Below are positions 1 through 10,316 of a DNA stretch of 40,646 nt, piece by piece. Position numbers and translations under genes: made by a program. Every line of letters starts with the position of its first letter. The first letter of the stretch is position 1. A model generated the notes under the pieces. That model was not told where the DNA came from, did no database searches, and was given only the letters and a program-made list of their open reading frames with translations. Source of the stretch: a virus (taxonomy: Duplodnaviria > Caudoviricetes); the IMG/VR virus record IMGVR_UViG_3300012933_000144, positions 1 through 40,646 of that record, one strand, 5' to 3'.

Positions 1-41
1 CATCACAGGCGTTCAACTAGAAAAAGGCAGCACAGCCACAT
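1..41. repeat. Terminal 41-bp direct repeat (copy 1), assembly circularisation overlap
   Basis: CATCACAGGCGTTCAACTAGAAAAAGGCAGCACAGCCACAT is identical to 40606-40646, and an ORF reads in frame across the join. Confidence 0.95.
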
Positions 42-427
42 CGTTTGACTACCGCTCGTATGGTACTGAGTTGGCTTTGTGTCAGCGTTATTACTACAAG
101 ATAAAACCTGACGCAACAACTAAACTTTTATCATTATCCGCACAGTGCTATTCGACAACTGGCTTTGTTTGTTACAACCAATTTCCTGTGACAATGAGAA
201 CACGGCCTACGGCTCTTGAACAAAGTGGCACTGCTTCAGATTACGGAGTGTTTAATGCTGGAACAAGTGTATTAGCTTGTAACTCTGTAATTAACTACAA
301 CACAACAACCACAGCAGATGCGGCAATGAGCGAAGGAACTGTGGCTAGTGGCCTTGTTGCAGGAAATACAACAGCCTTGGTTACCAGAGCCACTTCCGCA
401 TACTTTGCTTGGAGCGCAGAATTATGA
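1..427 (+). CDS. C-terminal part of tail fibre/receptor-binding protein B (starts at 39896, spans the join, ~378 aa in total)
   Basis: Frame 2 reads ITGVQLEKGSTATSFDYRSYGTELALCQRYYY, paralogous to 38701..39732 and continuous with the ORF opening at 39896. Confidence 0.8.
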   Translation, partial: ITGVQLEKGSTATSFDYRSYGTELALCQRYYYKIKPDATTKLLSLSAQCYSTTGFVCYNQFPVTMRTRPTALEQSGTASDYGVFNAGTSVLACNSVINYNTTTTADAAMSEGTVASGLVAGNTTALVTRATSAYFAWSAEL

Positions 428-579
428 TTTACAAGTTACTTCAAAAAAGAGAAGGCCAAGATCAAATAATTGCTCGTATTGATGATGATGGTTTGTGCCG
501 ATTGACTTGCACAGAGAATGACCAAGCCTATCTGAAATGGCTGGAAGAAGGCAACACGCCTTTACCTGCTGACGAGTAA
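424..579 (+). CDS. Small tail-fibre assembly/chaperone-like protein (51 aa)
   Basis: ATGA overlap with the fibre gene; MIYKLLQKREGQDQIIARIDDDG...CTENDQAYLKWLEEGNTPLPADE; paralog of 39735..39896. Confidence 0.7.
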   Translation: MIYKLLQKREGQDQIIARIDDDGLCRLTCTENDQAYLKWLEEGNTPLPADE

Positions 580-588
580 AATTAAGTC

Positions 589-1356
589 ATGTTTGGCATT
601 ACAGCATTTTCAGCAGCTCCTTTTTCGAGTACAGCGGGGGCTGTTTACTCTGAATCAGTCACGATTGCTGCTTCTAGTGCTTTAACTGCCGCAGCCACAA
701 GATATGCTTTTGGCGCTGCAACTGTTGTCTCAGCCAGCGCATTAAGCTGCTACTCAATCAGGTACGCATTTGGTGGGGCTACAGTTGTTGGCGAATCATC
801 TGCGACTGCACTGGCAAACAGGCTTCGTGAGGCCTCTGCTGCTATGGCAGACGCAAGCACATTCAGTTCTGCTGCACTTCGATATGCTGTAGGGTCTGCA
901 ACTGTAGCGTCTTCCAGTGCTGCAAGCTGCTATGCCATTAGATACGCATTTGGTGGAGCAACTGTTGTTGGGGTTAGTGCAGCTACAGCCGCAGCAGTCA
1001 GGTATGCTTTTGGCAAGGTTCAGATTGATTCTGCATCTGTAATAAATGCAACATCTTCTGTTGTCTTGCAAACACAGGTTGTTATCTCTACTGAAAGCAA
1101 TTTCACATCATCGGCAATATACATTACCAGCCCATCTGTTACTTTTTCATGCCAATCCTCTGTGATTGCGCTAATTCGTAAGAAGTGGGAAAATGAAGAT
1201 GATGTTGCTGAATCATGGTCTGCAATTGGCGACAATTCAAAAACTTGGACTGTTCAAAACGACACATCTGAGTCATGGACACCTATCTCAGACAATTCTC
1301 AGATTTGGACACTGGTTACTGATAATTCAGAAACTTGGACACGAACAACACATTAA
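589..1356 (+). CDS. Repetitive Ala/Ser-rich virion structural protein
   Basis: ~20-aa RYAFGxATVV repeats and C-terminal 10-aa Trp-periodic repeats; lies in the tail module. Confidence 0.6.
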   Translation: MFGITAFSAAPFSSTAGAVYSESVTIAASSALTAAATRYAFGAATVVSASALSCYSIRYAFGGATVVGESSATALANRLREASAAMADASTFSSAALRYAVGSATVASSSAASCYAIRYAFGGATVVGVSAATAAAVRYAFGKVQIDSASVINATSSVVLQTQVVISTESNFTSSAIYITSPSVTFSCQSSVIALIRKKWENEDDVAESWSAIGDNSKTWTVQNDTSESWTPISDNSQIWTLVTDNSETWTRTTH

Positions 1357-1365
1357 AGGCTAATC

Positions 1366-2103
1366 ATGGCAGATACCAATACAACAAACCTATCTTTAAC
1401 CAAACCAGAAATCGGCGCATCTGCTGACTCTTGGGGTACGAAGATCAACGAAAACTTTGATGACCTAGATGGCTTGTTTGATGCTGGTCCTTATTTAAAG
1501 GTCTCTAAAGGTGGCACTGGTGTTGGCACTGCTGCTGGATTGGCTGCATTGGTTGGCAACCTTCTTTACCCAGTTGGCTCAATCTATACAAACTCTTCAG
1601 TATCGACAAACCCTGCCACTTTGCTTGGTTTTGGTACTTGGTCAGCATTTGGTGCTGGTCGAGTTATGGTTGGCTTTAACTCTGGTAATACCCTGTTTGA
1701 TACAGCAGAAGAGACTGGTGGTTCTGCTGATGCAATTGCTGTGTCTCATACTCACTCATTTAGTGCAAGTGCAACAACTGGCGGTCAAAGCGCAAGCCAC
1801 ACTCACACTATTACAGACCCTGGACATGGTCACACTGTTTGGTCCGAAGATAATTTGCAGCTTGGAACAATGCCTGGTGGCACTTCAGGGCAACGTCAAA
1901 TTTCCAATGGAGATTTGGGTGGTCGTGCAAACTTCTATAGAGCTGTAGTAAACACAACTGGCATTACTGGTACAAATGGCGCATCTGCTGACCACACCCA
2001 CTCAGTAAGCGTATCTGGCACAACTGGCTCTGCTGGTTCATCTGGAACTAACGCTAACTACCAGCCATACATCACTGTGTACATGTGGAAGCGAACAGCA
2101 TAA
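1366..2103 (+). CDS. Tail/baseplate-type protein with T4 gp10-C-like domain
   Basis: YPVGSIY...[11 protein letters not shown]...GRVMVG, HxH repeats and the C-terminal [13 protein letters not shown] motif. Confidence 0.7.
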   Translation: MADTNTTNLSLTKPEIGASADSWGTKINENFDDLDGLFDAGPYLKVSKGGTGVGTAAGLAALVGNLLYPVGSIYTNSSVSTNPATLLGFGTWSAFGAGRVMVGFNSGNTLFDTAEETGGSADAIAVSHTHSFSASATTGGQSASHTHTITDPGHGHTVWSEDNLQLGTMPGGTSGQRQISNGDLGGRANFYRAVVNTTGITGTNGASADHTHSVSVSGTTGSAGSSGTNANYQPYITVYMWKRTA

Positions 2104-2324
2104 TGGATAACCAACAATTATTTAACTTGGTTGTTAGTATTGCTGGCTTCTTAGCTGTTTATGTAATAAACAACTTGACTCGTCAAATCCAGCGTATGGA
2201 AGATGACTTGAGAACAATGCCTCACGACTACGTCCAAAAAGATGACTACAGAAGTGACATCAAAGAAGTGAAGCAAATCTTAAATCAGATTTTTGACAAG
2301 CTAGATAACAAAGCAGACAAATGA
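2103..2324 (+). CDS. Small membrane-anchored coiled-coil protein
   Basis: TAATG coupling; N-terminal hydrophobic helix followed by a charged coiled coil. Confidence 0.65.
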   Translation: MDNQQLFNLVVSIAGFLAVYVINNLTRQIQRMEDDLRTMPHDYVQKDDYRSDIKEVKQILNQIFDKLDNKADK

Positions 2325-2971
2325 GTACCATTCAAAAACAGATAGAAGTACCAGCACTACCAGACTTGCCATCGCCAAGTCCTGTGTATAGCGCTGCTTA
2401 CTTCAGTCAGTTTAATGGTGGTCTTCGCACGTTTCTTATTCGTCTTCTTGGCAACCTTCAAGCATTGTTTGGTCCTGCTGGCGCTCGTTACGTTGATGCG
2501 CCAAATGGCTTGTTTTTCAGCACTCAAGATCAAACACTGGCAGCGACTAACACTAGGTATGATGTCACATTCAATCAGACATATTTGTCTAGCAATGTAT
2601 CTGTTGTTGACTCGACAAAAATAACTTGTGCTATTGGTGGCGTTTATAACTTTCAATTTTCTGCTCAAGCTAAATCAAGCAGCTCATCTGCAAAACATAT
2701 TTTCTTGATGATTAACCGTGACGGAACTGACATTGGTTACACGACAAGGCAAAACACACTGTCTGGTTCTGATCAACATATGTCAATCAACTGGAACTTC
2801 AGCATTGATGTCTCTTCTGGTTCATACATTAAACTGAGATGGGCTGGAGACTCAACTGGACTTACGCTTGAGCAAACAGCAGCTACATCTCCTCACACTG
2901 GCATTCCATCTGCTGTTCTTGCTGTAAATTACGTTGCACCAATTCCAGCAACATTGCCAACACCTCCATAA
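2321..2971 (+). CDS. Virion structural protein (beta-rich C-terminal domain)
   Basis: 216-aa ORF with ATGA coupling, inside the tail operon. Confidence 0.6.
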   Translation: MSTIQKQIEVPALPDLPSPSPVYSAAYFSQFNGGLRTFLIRLLGNLQALFGPAGARYVDAPNGLFFSTQDQTLAATNTRYDVTFNQTYLSSNVSVVDSTKITCAIGGVYNFQFSAQAKSSSSSAKHIFLMINRDGTDIGYTTRQNTLSGSDQHMSINWNFSIDVSSGSYIKLRWAGDSTGLTLEQTAATSPHTGIPSAVLAVNYVAPIPATLPTPP

Positions 2972-2981
2972 GAGAAAAATC

Positions 2982-4460
2982 ATGGCTTTAATTCCACTGA
3001 AAATCCCGCCAGGCGTGTATCGAAACGGCACTGAATACCAATCATCTGGTCGTTTTTACGATTCCAACTTAGTTCGCTGGTACGAAGGGACGTTACGTCC
3101 TGTTGGCGGGTGGCAGCTTCACTCTGAGACTCAACTCTCAGGCGCTCCTCGTGGCCTATTGACATGGCGTGATAACTCCAATGACCGATGGATTGGTGTT
3201 GGCACACATAGCCATTTGTATGCTGTGTCTGAAGGTGGTACTGTTTCTGACATCACACCATCTGGGTATACAGCGGGGACTGTTGGTGGTGAAGCTAAAT
3301 TGGGTTATGGATACCTTGGGTATGGCTTGTACAACTACGGCGTATCTCGTCCCGACATTGGTGCTATTACTCAAGCTACCACTTGGAGCCTTGATACATG
3401 GGGTCAAAACCTTATTGCTTGCGCCAACACTGACGGAAAGATTTATGAGTGGTCATTGAATACAGCATCTGATGCTGCAGTTGTGACAAACGCTCCTACA
3501 TCATGCACAGGCATTGTTGTAACTGCTGAACGAGCAATCATGGCTCTTGGTGCTAGTGGTGATAAACGTAAGATTGCTTGGTGTGACCAAGAGAACAATA
3601 CCGTATGGACTGCTGCTGAAACCAATCAGGCTGGCGCTTTCTATTTGACGACATCTGGCTCTTTGATGTGCGGTAAGCGTGTGCGTGGCTTGACGATCAT
3701 CTTTACTGATGTCGATGCACACATCGCTACATATGTTGGAGCGCCATTTGTTTACCAGTTTGATCGTATTGGCACTGGTTGCGGCATCATCTCAAAACAG
3801 GCTGTTGCAGCTACTGATAACTCTTGCGTATGGCTGTCTCGCTCTGGCTTTTGGACTTATGATGGATTCGTAAAGCCATTGCATTGTGATGTATCTGACT
3901 TTGTTTTGAACGACATTAACTACGCTCAAGAGTCAAAGATTTATGCTGTCCATAACTCAGCTTTTGGTGAGATCTGGTGGTACTACCCAAGCGCCAGCTC
4001 TACAGAGGTGGATTCTTATGTGTCATACAACTACCGTGAAAACCATTGGGCCATTGGTAGTTTGTCTCGTACTGCTGGCACTGACCGTGGTGTGTTCACA
4101 TTTCCATTGATGGTTACTTCTGATGGATATATCTATCAGCATGAAACTGGATTGCTGGATGTGTCTCAAAATACGCCGTATGCACAGTCTGGCCCAATTG
4201 AGTTGGGTAACGGTGATCAAGTTATGTCTGTGACGGAAATTATTCCTGACGAGAACACGCTTGGTGATGTTGTTGTGTCATTTAAGTCTAAGCCATACCC
4301 CAATGGGGCTGAGTCGACTCATGGCCCATATACTGCAGCTCAGAAGACTGATGTGCGATTTACAGCCCGTCAGGTTGAGGTAAAGTACACAGGAACTGCT
4401 TCAAGAGACTGGCGAGTTGGTACTCCTCGATTGAATGCAAAACCAGCGGGTGGTCGTTAA
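2982..4460 (+). CDS. Tail nozzle / packaged-DNA stabilisation protein (P22 gp10-like)
   Basis: ~492 aa, beta-propeller-like and Trp/Gly-rich; sits directly before the GNAT-like and ejection genes as in podoviruses; start moved to ATG 2982. Confidence 0.65.
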   Translation: MALIPLKIPPGVYRNGTEYQSSGRFYDSNLVRWYEGTLRPVGGWQLHSETQLSGAPRGLLTWRDNSNDRWIGVGTHSHLYAVSEGGTVSDITPSGYTAGTVGGEAKLGYGYLGYGLYNYGVSRPDIGAITQATTWSLDTWGQNLIACANTDGKIYEWSLNTASDAAVVTNAPTSCTGIVVTAERAIMALGASGDKRKIAWCDQENNTVWTAAETNQAGAFYLTTSGSLMCGKRVRGLTIIFTDVDAHIATYVGAPFVYQFDRIGTGCGIISKQAVAATDNSCVWLSRSGFWTYDGFVKPLHCDVSDFVLNDINYAQESKIYAVHNSAFGEIWWYYPSASSTEVDSYVSYNYRENHWAIGSLSRTAGTDRGVFTFPLMVTSDGYIYQHETGLLDVSQNTPYAQSGPIELGNGDQVMSVTEIIPDENTLGDVVVSFKSKPYPNGAESTHGPYTAAQKTDVRFTARQVEVKYTGTASRDWRVGTPRLNAKPAGGR

Positions 4461-4868
4461 TTGAATTACAGTCAATTTGTTGATGAGAATGGTGAGGAAA
4501 AGTGGTGGGTTCCGTACTTTAAAAAGCACGAGAATCTGCTGCTTAATGCCCTAGAATATAGCGGTGGGACGCATAATCTTGAAGATGTCGCAATGGCTCT
4601 TCATAAAGACTACATGCAATTATGGCCCACTAACGAGAGCGTTCTCGTAACCGAGGTGATGCAATACCCTCGTGCTAAACATATGCACGTCTTTCTTGGT
4701 GCTGGCAATATGGATGAATTGTTGTACACAATGCCATTTGTAATCGAACAAGCAAAAAAAGATGGTTGCTCAAAAGTAACAGTAACTGGACGACGAGGTT
4801 GGGAAAAGGTCTTAACCCGTCTAATTAACTGCAAGCCAAGTCACTATTGGCTTTCATTGGAGATTTAA
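4461..4868 (+). CDS. GNAT-like head/tail assembly protein
   Basis: VTEVMQYP...GCSKVTVTGRRGWEKVL; occupies the position between nozzle and ejection genes. Confidence 0.55.
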   Translation: MNYSQFVDENGEEKWWVPYFKKHENLLLNALEYSGGTHNLEDVAMALHKDYMQLWPTNESVLVTEVMQYPRAKHMHVFLGAGNMDELLYTMPFVIEQAKKDGCSKVTVTGRRGWEKVLTRLINCKPSHYWLSLEI

Positions 4869-4869
4869 T

Positions 4870-5709
4870 ATGAGTGGTGGAAGTTCTAGCCAACAAAGCG
4901 AAAACAAACTTGATCCAGAAATCAAGCAACGATATTTAGCAAATGCTGACCGCGCAACTGGTGTTGCTGAGGGTATTCAAGCTCGTGAGTTTGCTGGATT
5001 TACACCTCAGCAGCTAAAAGCGTTCGGTATTACTGAAAGCACAGCTACACAGATGCCAGGTATGCGAGCTGTTGATGCGGCTTTGCAACGCACTGGTGAA
5101 GTTGGCTCTATGACTCCAGAGCAACTGTCTGGTGGCTCCATATTGAACCGCAACATTGCTTCGTATATGAACCCATATACAGAAGAAGTTGTTAATCGTT
5201 CACTTGGCGATATTGCACGTCAGCGCGACATTGCTTTGACTGCAAATCAGTCTAAGGTTGCTGCTGCAAATGCTTTTGGTAATACTCGACGTGGTATCCA
5301 AGAAGCTGCTGTTGTTGACCCATATGCTAAGTCTATGGCTGATACGGCTGCTCAGTTGCGTCAACAAGGCTACACACAGGCAACTGGTTTGGCTACTAGC
5401 GATATTGATCGTGAAACTCAAGCTCGTCAAACTGCTGCAAACCTTGGTTTGTCTGCTGCAGCTCAAGGCGCTCAGTTGGGTGGTCAACAGCAAGCAATGG
5501 GCTATGAGGCTGGCACTCAGTTGGCTAGTGTTGGCGCTCAACAGCAAGCATTGTCTCAGGCTCAGTTGGATGCGATTCGCAACCTGCCATTGGAGCAACA
5601 ACAAATCATCAACCAAGCCTTGGCGCTTCAACCTGCTGGTGGTGCTGGAAATGTTTCCACATCTACAGGTGGTAGCAAGCAAAGCATTTGGGGCGCAATA
5701 GGTCTTTAA
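4870..5709 (+). CDS. DNA ejection (internal virion) protein
   Basis: MSGGSSS start, Gln/Ala/Gly-rich helical sequence, YMNPY motif. Confidence 0.6.
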   Translation: MSGGSSSQQSENKLDPEIKQRYLANADRATGVAEGIQAREFAGFTPQQLKAFGITESTATQMPGMRAVDAALQRTGEVGSMTPEQLSGGSILNRNIASYMNPYTEEVVNRSLGDIARQRDIALTANQSKVAAANAFGNTRRGIQEAAVVDPYAKSMADTAAQLRQQGYTQATGLATSDIDRETQARQTAANLGLSAAAQGAQLGGQQQAMGYEAGTQLASVGAQQQALSQAQLDAIRNLPLEQQQIINQALALQPAGGAGNVSTSTGGSKQSIWGAIGL

Positions 5710-5718
5710 GGAAAAATC

Positions 5719-7143
5719 ATGGCAGATTGGTTACCAAGTATTGGATTGTTGTCTGATTCATCTTTGCAAGGCATTGATGAGGCAACACGAAACAAACTAC
5801 AAAGCGAGGCGACAGGTCGCTTTTTGCTAGGCTCATTGCTGTCTGGTCGTCCAGATATTGGCTTTCAGTCTGCAATTGGCACTGCAAACGACTATGCAAC
5901 ATCTCAGTCTCGTTTGGTAGATTTGGCTGAGAAGCAACGCGCACAACAAGCTGAAGAGGCTTGGACTGCAAAGTACAACCCAACAAAGTATCAAGAGACT
6001 AGCCCAGAATTTGCTGGACCAGTTACTCCTGATGTGTCTGCGTATCAGTCTGGCATTGGTCGCGCTCGTGCTGCTGGTTTGCCTACTGCTGATGTCAATG
6101 CTGCTTTGCGTGATCTGACAACTATGCGTTCTCCACGTCAGGCTGCAATGCTTGCTGGTTTCCAAGCTAGTTTGCCAAAGATGGGAGAAGGCGGCACTAT
6201 GATCGCTCCTGGCGGTCAGTACTTGGGTACTGTTCCTCAATTCAGCCCATCACAAGGTATTGTTTACGGAACTCAAACAGATGCTCAAGGTCGTATTGTT
6301 CCATTCTCTCAAGAAATCCCTGGCGCAATTCAAACTCGTGGTCGTATGACTGCAACAGAAACTCAAGCTCGTGAACTTAATACGCCAAGACCTGCAACAT
6401 CTGCATCTGGAGCGCAAACCTTTATTTACCCTCAAGCACCAAATGGTGTTGGTGGCACTGGAGCAATTGAGCCTGTTCAAACAGAGGCTGATCGCATCCG
6501 TTTGGAGGCAGATAAAAAGCGTTTTGGCGAGTTCTCAGCTCAAAGTAGCGATGCAGCATTGAGTGCAACTGATCGCAAACTTGCTGGTGAGCGTATTTAC
6601 TCACTTGCTGACAGCATTAATGGAACAAAATTCACAAACTTAACTTCAGAGGCTGCTGGATACCTTCGCGCCCTACCTTGGGTTGGAGACAAGTTTGACA
6701 GCTACGTTGCTGACGTTTCATTGTTTAACAGAGATCGTGCAAACATGGTTTTGCGTGGTCTTGGTAATGTCAAAGGTAACGCAAACGAATCTGAAAACCG
6801 AGTTGTTTCTCAAGCGTCAGTTTCTGTTACAGATCCAAAGATTGCGACTAAGTATGTTGCTGCTTTGGAGATGGCTGCTGCTGACAAAGATCTTGCACGT
6901 CAGAACTTTGTTGAAAACTTTAAAGGCGACCCTGGCAAGATTCAAACAGCATGGCAAAACTCACCTGACAACCCTCGCATCTACAACCATCCAAAGGTTG
7001 ATCAGTTCTTGACTGAGCAGATAAAAGCAAACCCTGCAAAACCAGTGCTTCCTGCTGGATTTAGTCTTGTTCAAAATAAGGACAAGCAATATGGCGTTCG
7101 CAAGCCCGATGGCTCTGTAATGCCTTTGCAATTAGGTCAATAA
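5719..7143 (+). CDS. DNA ejection (internal virion) protein
   Basis: 474-aa Ala/Gln-rich ORF between two other ejection-type genes. Confidence 0.55.
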   Translation: MADWLPSIGLLSDSSLQGIDEATRNKLQSEATGRFLLGSLLSGRPDIGFQSAIGTANDYATSQSRLVDLAEKQRAQQAEEAWTAKYNPTKYQETSPEFAGPVTPDVSAYQSGIGRARAAGLPTADVNAALRDLTTMRSPRQAAMLAGFQASLPKMGEGGTMIAPGGQYLGTVPQFSPSQGIVYGTQTDAQGRIVPFSQEIPGAIQTRGRMTATETQARELNTPRPATSASGAQTFIYPQAPNGVGGTGAIEPVQTEADRIRLEADKKRFGEFSAQSSDAALSATDRKLAGERIYSLADSINGTKFTNLTSEAAGYLRALPWVGDKFDSYVADVSLFNRDRANMVLRGLGNVKGNANESENRVVSQASVSVTDPKIATKYVAALEMAAADKDLARQNFVENFKGDPGKIQTAWQNSPDNPRIYNHPKVDQFLTEQIKANPAKPVLPAGFSLVQNKDKQYGVRKPDGSVMPLQLGQ

Positions 7144-7144
7144 C

Positions 7145-9205
7145 ATGGCAACACCAGCACAAGTATTAGCATACGCTGCTCAAGAGGCAGAGCGCCAAGG
7201 TGTTCCTGTTGATCTTGTGCAGAACATGGTTCGGGCTGAGAGTGGAGGAGATATCAATGTTGTGTCTCCAAAAGGCGCTGTCGGGCCTATGCAATTGATG
7301 CCAGCAACTGCTAAAGACTTGGGTGTTAATCCAAATAACTGGCAGCAAAACGTACAAGGTGGCGTTAAGTACATTGGTCAAATGTTGGCTCAGTTTGAAG
7401 ATCCACGTTTGGCTGTTGCTGCATATAACGCAGGACCAGGCAATGTGCAAAAGCATGGTGGAGTTCCTCCATTTAAAGAAACACAAAACTACGTAAATAA
7501 GGTGGTTGGCATGGCTGAACCTAAAGATGAATGGTCAACAGTATCTGGCATACAAGGTGCTGCTACTGCAAAAGATGATTGGACTCCTGTATCTGGAGTT
7601 GGTGGAGTTGCTACCACCCAAGCACAACCACAATCATTTATGGGTGATGTGCAGACTGGTGTAACTCAAGCGATCAAAGGTGGCACTCCTACTGCGTCAG
7701 CAGTGATGGGCGGCATTGACATGCTCTCAAGCCTAATTAACAAAGGTCTGACCGCTGCTGGTATGAATGTTGGTCCAAACTCAGCACAGGCTGAATTGAA
7801 CCGTCGAGCAACTGAGTCTGCTGCACAACCAAAGCGCACTATTGGCGAGACATTGTCTGCTGTTGGTGATGTTGCGTTGAATAGACCAGGCCTTCTGCTT
7901 GGCTCTCTGGCTGTACCAGATCCAACTAGCGTGTTCTTGCCAGCCAAGATTGCTGGCGCTACTGAGAAGGCATTGACTACTGTTGGTGCTGCTCCACGTA
8001 TTGCCGAACGTGCTGGTCAAGTTGCTGGCGCTGCTGGTACTGGTGTTACTCAGGCTGCACTTGGTCAGGTTGGCGCTCCTAATGCAGATCAATTTATTAC
8101 TGAGGCTGGCTTGTCTGTTTTGACGGCTCCTTTGGCTGCTGTTGGTGGCGCTCGCACACCTAAGCCTGTTGCTGCATTAACTGCTGAACAACAAGCCGCA
8201 GCAAATGCCGTTGCACAAGGCCTCAAGGTTCCTCCAAGTCAATTGACTGGTGGTCCAATTGCAAGCTCTATTGAAGCAATCCTTGGTAAGAAAGCTATGG
8301 GCGCTCAAGCGTCTATTGCCAACAAGGATGCAGTTGTTAATCAAGCCAAAAAAGTTCTTGGTTTGACTGACGCTGAAGACTTGACACCAGATTCATTTAT
8401 GAATTTCCGTCAAGAAAAAGGTGCTGCGTATCAGGACTTGCGTAACTTTGACTACAAGGCAGATAAGCAATTCCTGACAAACATCAATGATGAAGTGCAG
8501 CGTCTGCGTGGTTTGACAACTACATCTCCAGAGCAGATCTCAACATTGAAGGCAATTGCAAAGACAAACCTCAAAGGAGATGATCTTGTAAACAACATTG
8601 TTGATTTGCGTGATGCTGGTAACTCAAACATCAAGTCAATGGATTCTGCAACCAAGCGTCTTGGCAAGACTCAGTTAATGGCTGCAAAAGAACTTGAAGA
8701 CATTGCTGATCGTGTTTTGTCAAAGTCTGGCAACGACACATTGGTGAGCAACTTCAGAAATGCACGTAAAGACATTGCACGCTCATACACGCTTCAAGAT
8801 TCATTCAATGAGGTAACTGGTGCTATCAACGCTAAGACCATTGGCAACAAGATGGCAAAAGGGAAGATTGTTCCTGAAGAAATGAGAGCCGCTGGCGCTG
8901 CATCACAGTTTGCACCAGGATACTTTGCACCTCCATCACAAGCTGCAAGTGGTTTGACTGGTCCTGAAGGCCTTAGCTCGATGGCTGCATTGCTGACAGG
9001 CCGTCCTGATCTTGCTGCTGTTGTAGCTGCTCGTGGCGCTGGTCGCTCTGCAATGCTGTCTGGCCCAGTTCAACGCATGATGACACCTACTGCGCCAGTT
9101 GTTGGCCCAGTTCGTCCATCTGCACGACCTGTTGTGTCTCCATATCTGATGACAACTCCATTCCAGCCTGTAACAAGTGGTCTGTTTGACTACATGAACA
9201 AGTAA
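7145..9205 (+). CDS. Internal virion protein with N-terminal lytic transglycosylase (SLT) domain
   Basis: AESGG...SPKGAVGPMQLMPATA...AAYNAGPGNV...ETQNYV are SLT motifs. Confidence 0.9.
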   Translation: MATPAQVLAYAAQEAERQGVPVDLVQNMVRAESGGDINVVSPKGAVGPMQLMPATAKDLGVNPNNWQQNVQGGVKYIGQMLAQFEDPRLAVAAYNAGPGNVQKHGGVPPFKETQNYVNKVVGMAEPKDEWSTVSGIQGAATAKDDWTPVSGVGGVATTQAQPQSFMGDVQTGVTQAIKGGTPTASAVMGGIDMLSSLINKGLTAAGMNVGPNSAQAELNRRATESAAQPKRTIGETLSAVGDVALNRPGLLLGSLAVPDPTSVFLPAKIAGATEKALTTVGAAPRIAERAGQVAGAAGTGVTQAALGQVGAPNADQFITEAGLSVLTAPLAAVGGARTPKPVAALTAEQQAAANAVAQGLKVPPSQLTGGPIASSIEAILGKKAMGAQASIANKDAVVNQAKKVLGLTDAEDLTPDSFMNFRQEKGAAYQDLRNFDYKADKQFLTNINDEVQRLRGLTTTSPEQISTLKAIAKTNLKGDDLVNNIVDLRDAGNSNIKSMDSATKRLGKTQLMAAKELEDIADRVLSKSGNDTLVSNFRNARKDIARSYTLQDSFNEVTGAINAKTIGNKMAKGKIVPEEMRAAGAASQFAPGYFAPPSQAASGLTGPEGLSSMAALLTGRPDLAAVVAARGAGRSAMLSGPVQRMMTPTAPVVGPVRPSARPVVSPYLMTTPFQPVTSGLFDYMNK

Positions 9206-9206
9206 T

Positions 9207-9965
9207 GTGGACCCAATCAGCCTTCTCTTAATGGCTCAGTCGGCAGTCAGTGCAATTCGTACTGGCTGTCAGATGCTGTCTGAAGGGAAGGCTGAGATTG
9301 ACAAGTTCAAGAAGTCTGTTGAGAAAGGTGTAGGCGATGCAAAAGCAATCTACAACGAAGTCACAGGAATCTGGGGATGGCTCAAAGGACTCTTTGGAAA
9401 ACAAGACAAGAAGCCAGTCGTTCAAGCGCCAGCAATTGCGGAAAAAACTGTTGCTGTTAAGGCGCAGAAGAATGTAAAAGAGCCAGAGCTTAGTTACGAG
9501 GAATACCAGACTCGTGCTATTCATGATGTGTGTGAACAGTTAAAGACGTTCTTTGAAATTCGTAGAAATTTGAGAGCGCATTGCCTTGAGTTGGAAGAGA
9601 TCAGTAAAACGACAACAACAATTGAAGACAGTGCAATTGATAGGGTTGAGATTGAACTCCAGTTGGAGAACATGACAATCCAAGTCAGAGAGTCAATGGT
9701 TTATGCACCGAAAGAACTTCGTGACATTTACAGTCGTTTTCTAGAGATGTATGACCTGATTCTTGAAGAGCAGGAGTTTGCAAGACAGGTAAAGCGCAAG
9801 AAAGAAAGAGATGCAAAGTGGCAACGCGAACTCCTACGCAATCACAGGGTGGATCGGGCAATAGTAACGGTAACGGTGCTAGGTCTGGTTCTATGGATGT
9901 GGGCGTTCATGCTGTCGCTAGGATGGCTCGTGAGGACACAAGGTGGTTTGTCGCTGGCGTTGTAG
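9207..9965 (+). CDS. Hypothetical coiled-coil protein with C-terminal transmembrane helix
   Basis: 252-aa ORF with an MDPISLL start, helical charged core and hydrophobic C-terminus. Confidence 0.7.
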   Translation: MDPISLLLMAQSAVSAIRTGCQMLSEGKAEIDKFKKSVEKGVGDAKAIYNEVTGIWGWLKGLFGKQDKKPVVQAPAIAEKTVAVKAQKNVKEPELSYEEYQTRAIHDVCEQLKTFFEIRRNLRAHCLELEEISKTTTTIEDSAIDRVEIELQLENMTIQVRESMVYAPKELRDIYSRFLEMYDLILEEQEFARQVKRKKERDAKWQRELLRNHRVDRAIVTVTVLGLVLWMWAFMLSLGWLVRTQGGLSLAL

Positions 9966-10147
9966 TTATGTCAATTGTGTTGTTTTTGGCGTTACCAGTT
10001 TCTTTTCTTGTGGTTGTTGACTACATGAAGCTGAAGTCAGAGATGCAGTATGAAATTCGTCAATTAAAGAAGCTGAAGAAGGAGCTGAAAGAGAACCATG
10101 AAAAGACTATTTCTGATAAGCCTGTTTCTAACTCTAGTGGGGTGTGA
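9818..10147 (+). CDS. Membrane-anchored coiled-coil protein (true start probably 9893 or 9923)
   Basis: WFVAGVVVMSIVLFLALPVSFLVVV TM helix followed by a Lys/Glu coiled coil. Confidence 0.55.
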   Translation: MATRTPTQSQGGSGNSNGNGARSGSMDVGVHAVARMAREDTRWFVAGVVVMSIVLFLALPVSFLVVVDYMKLKSEMQYEIRQLKKLKKELKENHEKTISDKPVSNSSGV

Positions 10148-10316
10148 TGACCACTACAGATATACATGCCAAAACCCTGACAAATTTAATTCACCTGAGT
10201 GTCAAAAGCCTAGATGCCAATTCACTCAAACATGTCCTGAATATCTTGTAGCCCCTGTATTGGAGAAGAAAATTGAACCAACCCAACCAGCAGCCTCTAA
10301 CGCCAGCGGAAATTGA
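10098..10316 (+). CDS. Cys-rich lipoprotein
   Basis: Signal peptide MKRLFLISLFLTLVG-C with lipobox, plus four further Cys. Confidence 0.75.
   Translation: MKRLFLISLFLTLVGCDDHYRYTCQNPDKFNSPECQKPRCQFTQTCPEYLVAPVLEKKIEPTQPAASNASGN

Noticed and set aside
1-41. 41-bp terminal repeat as a biological direct terminal repeat or att site
   Set aside because: It falls mid-gene in a tail fibre that reads through the join, which is typical of assembler circular overlap.
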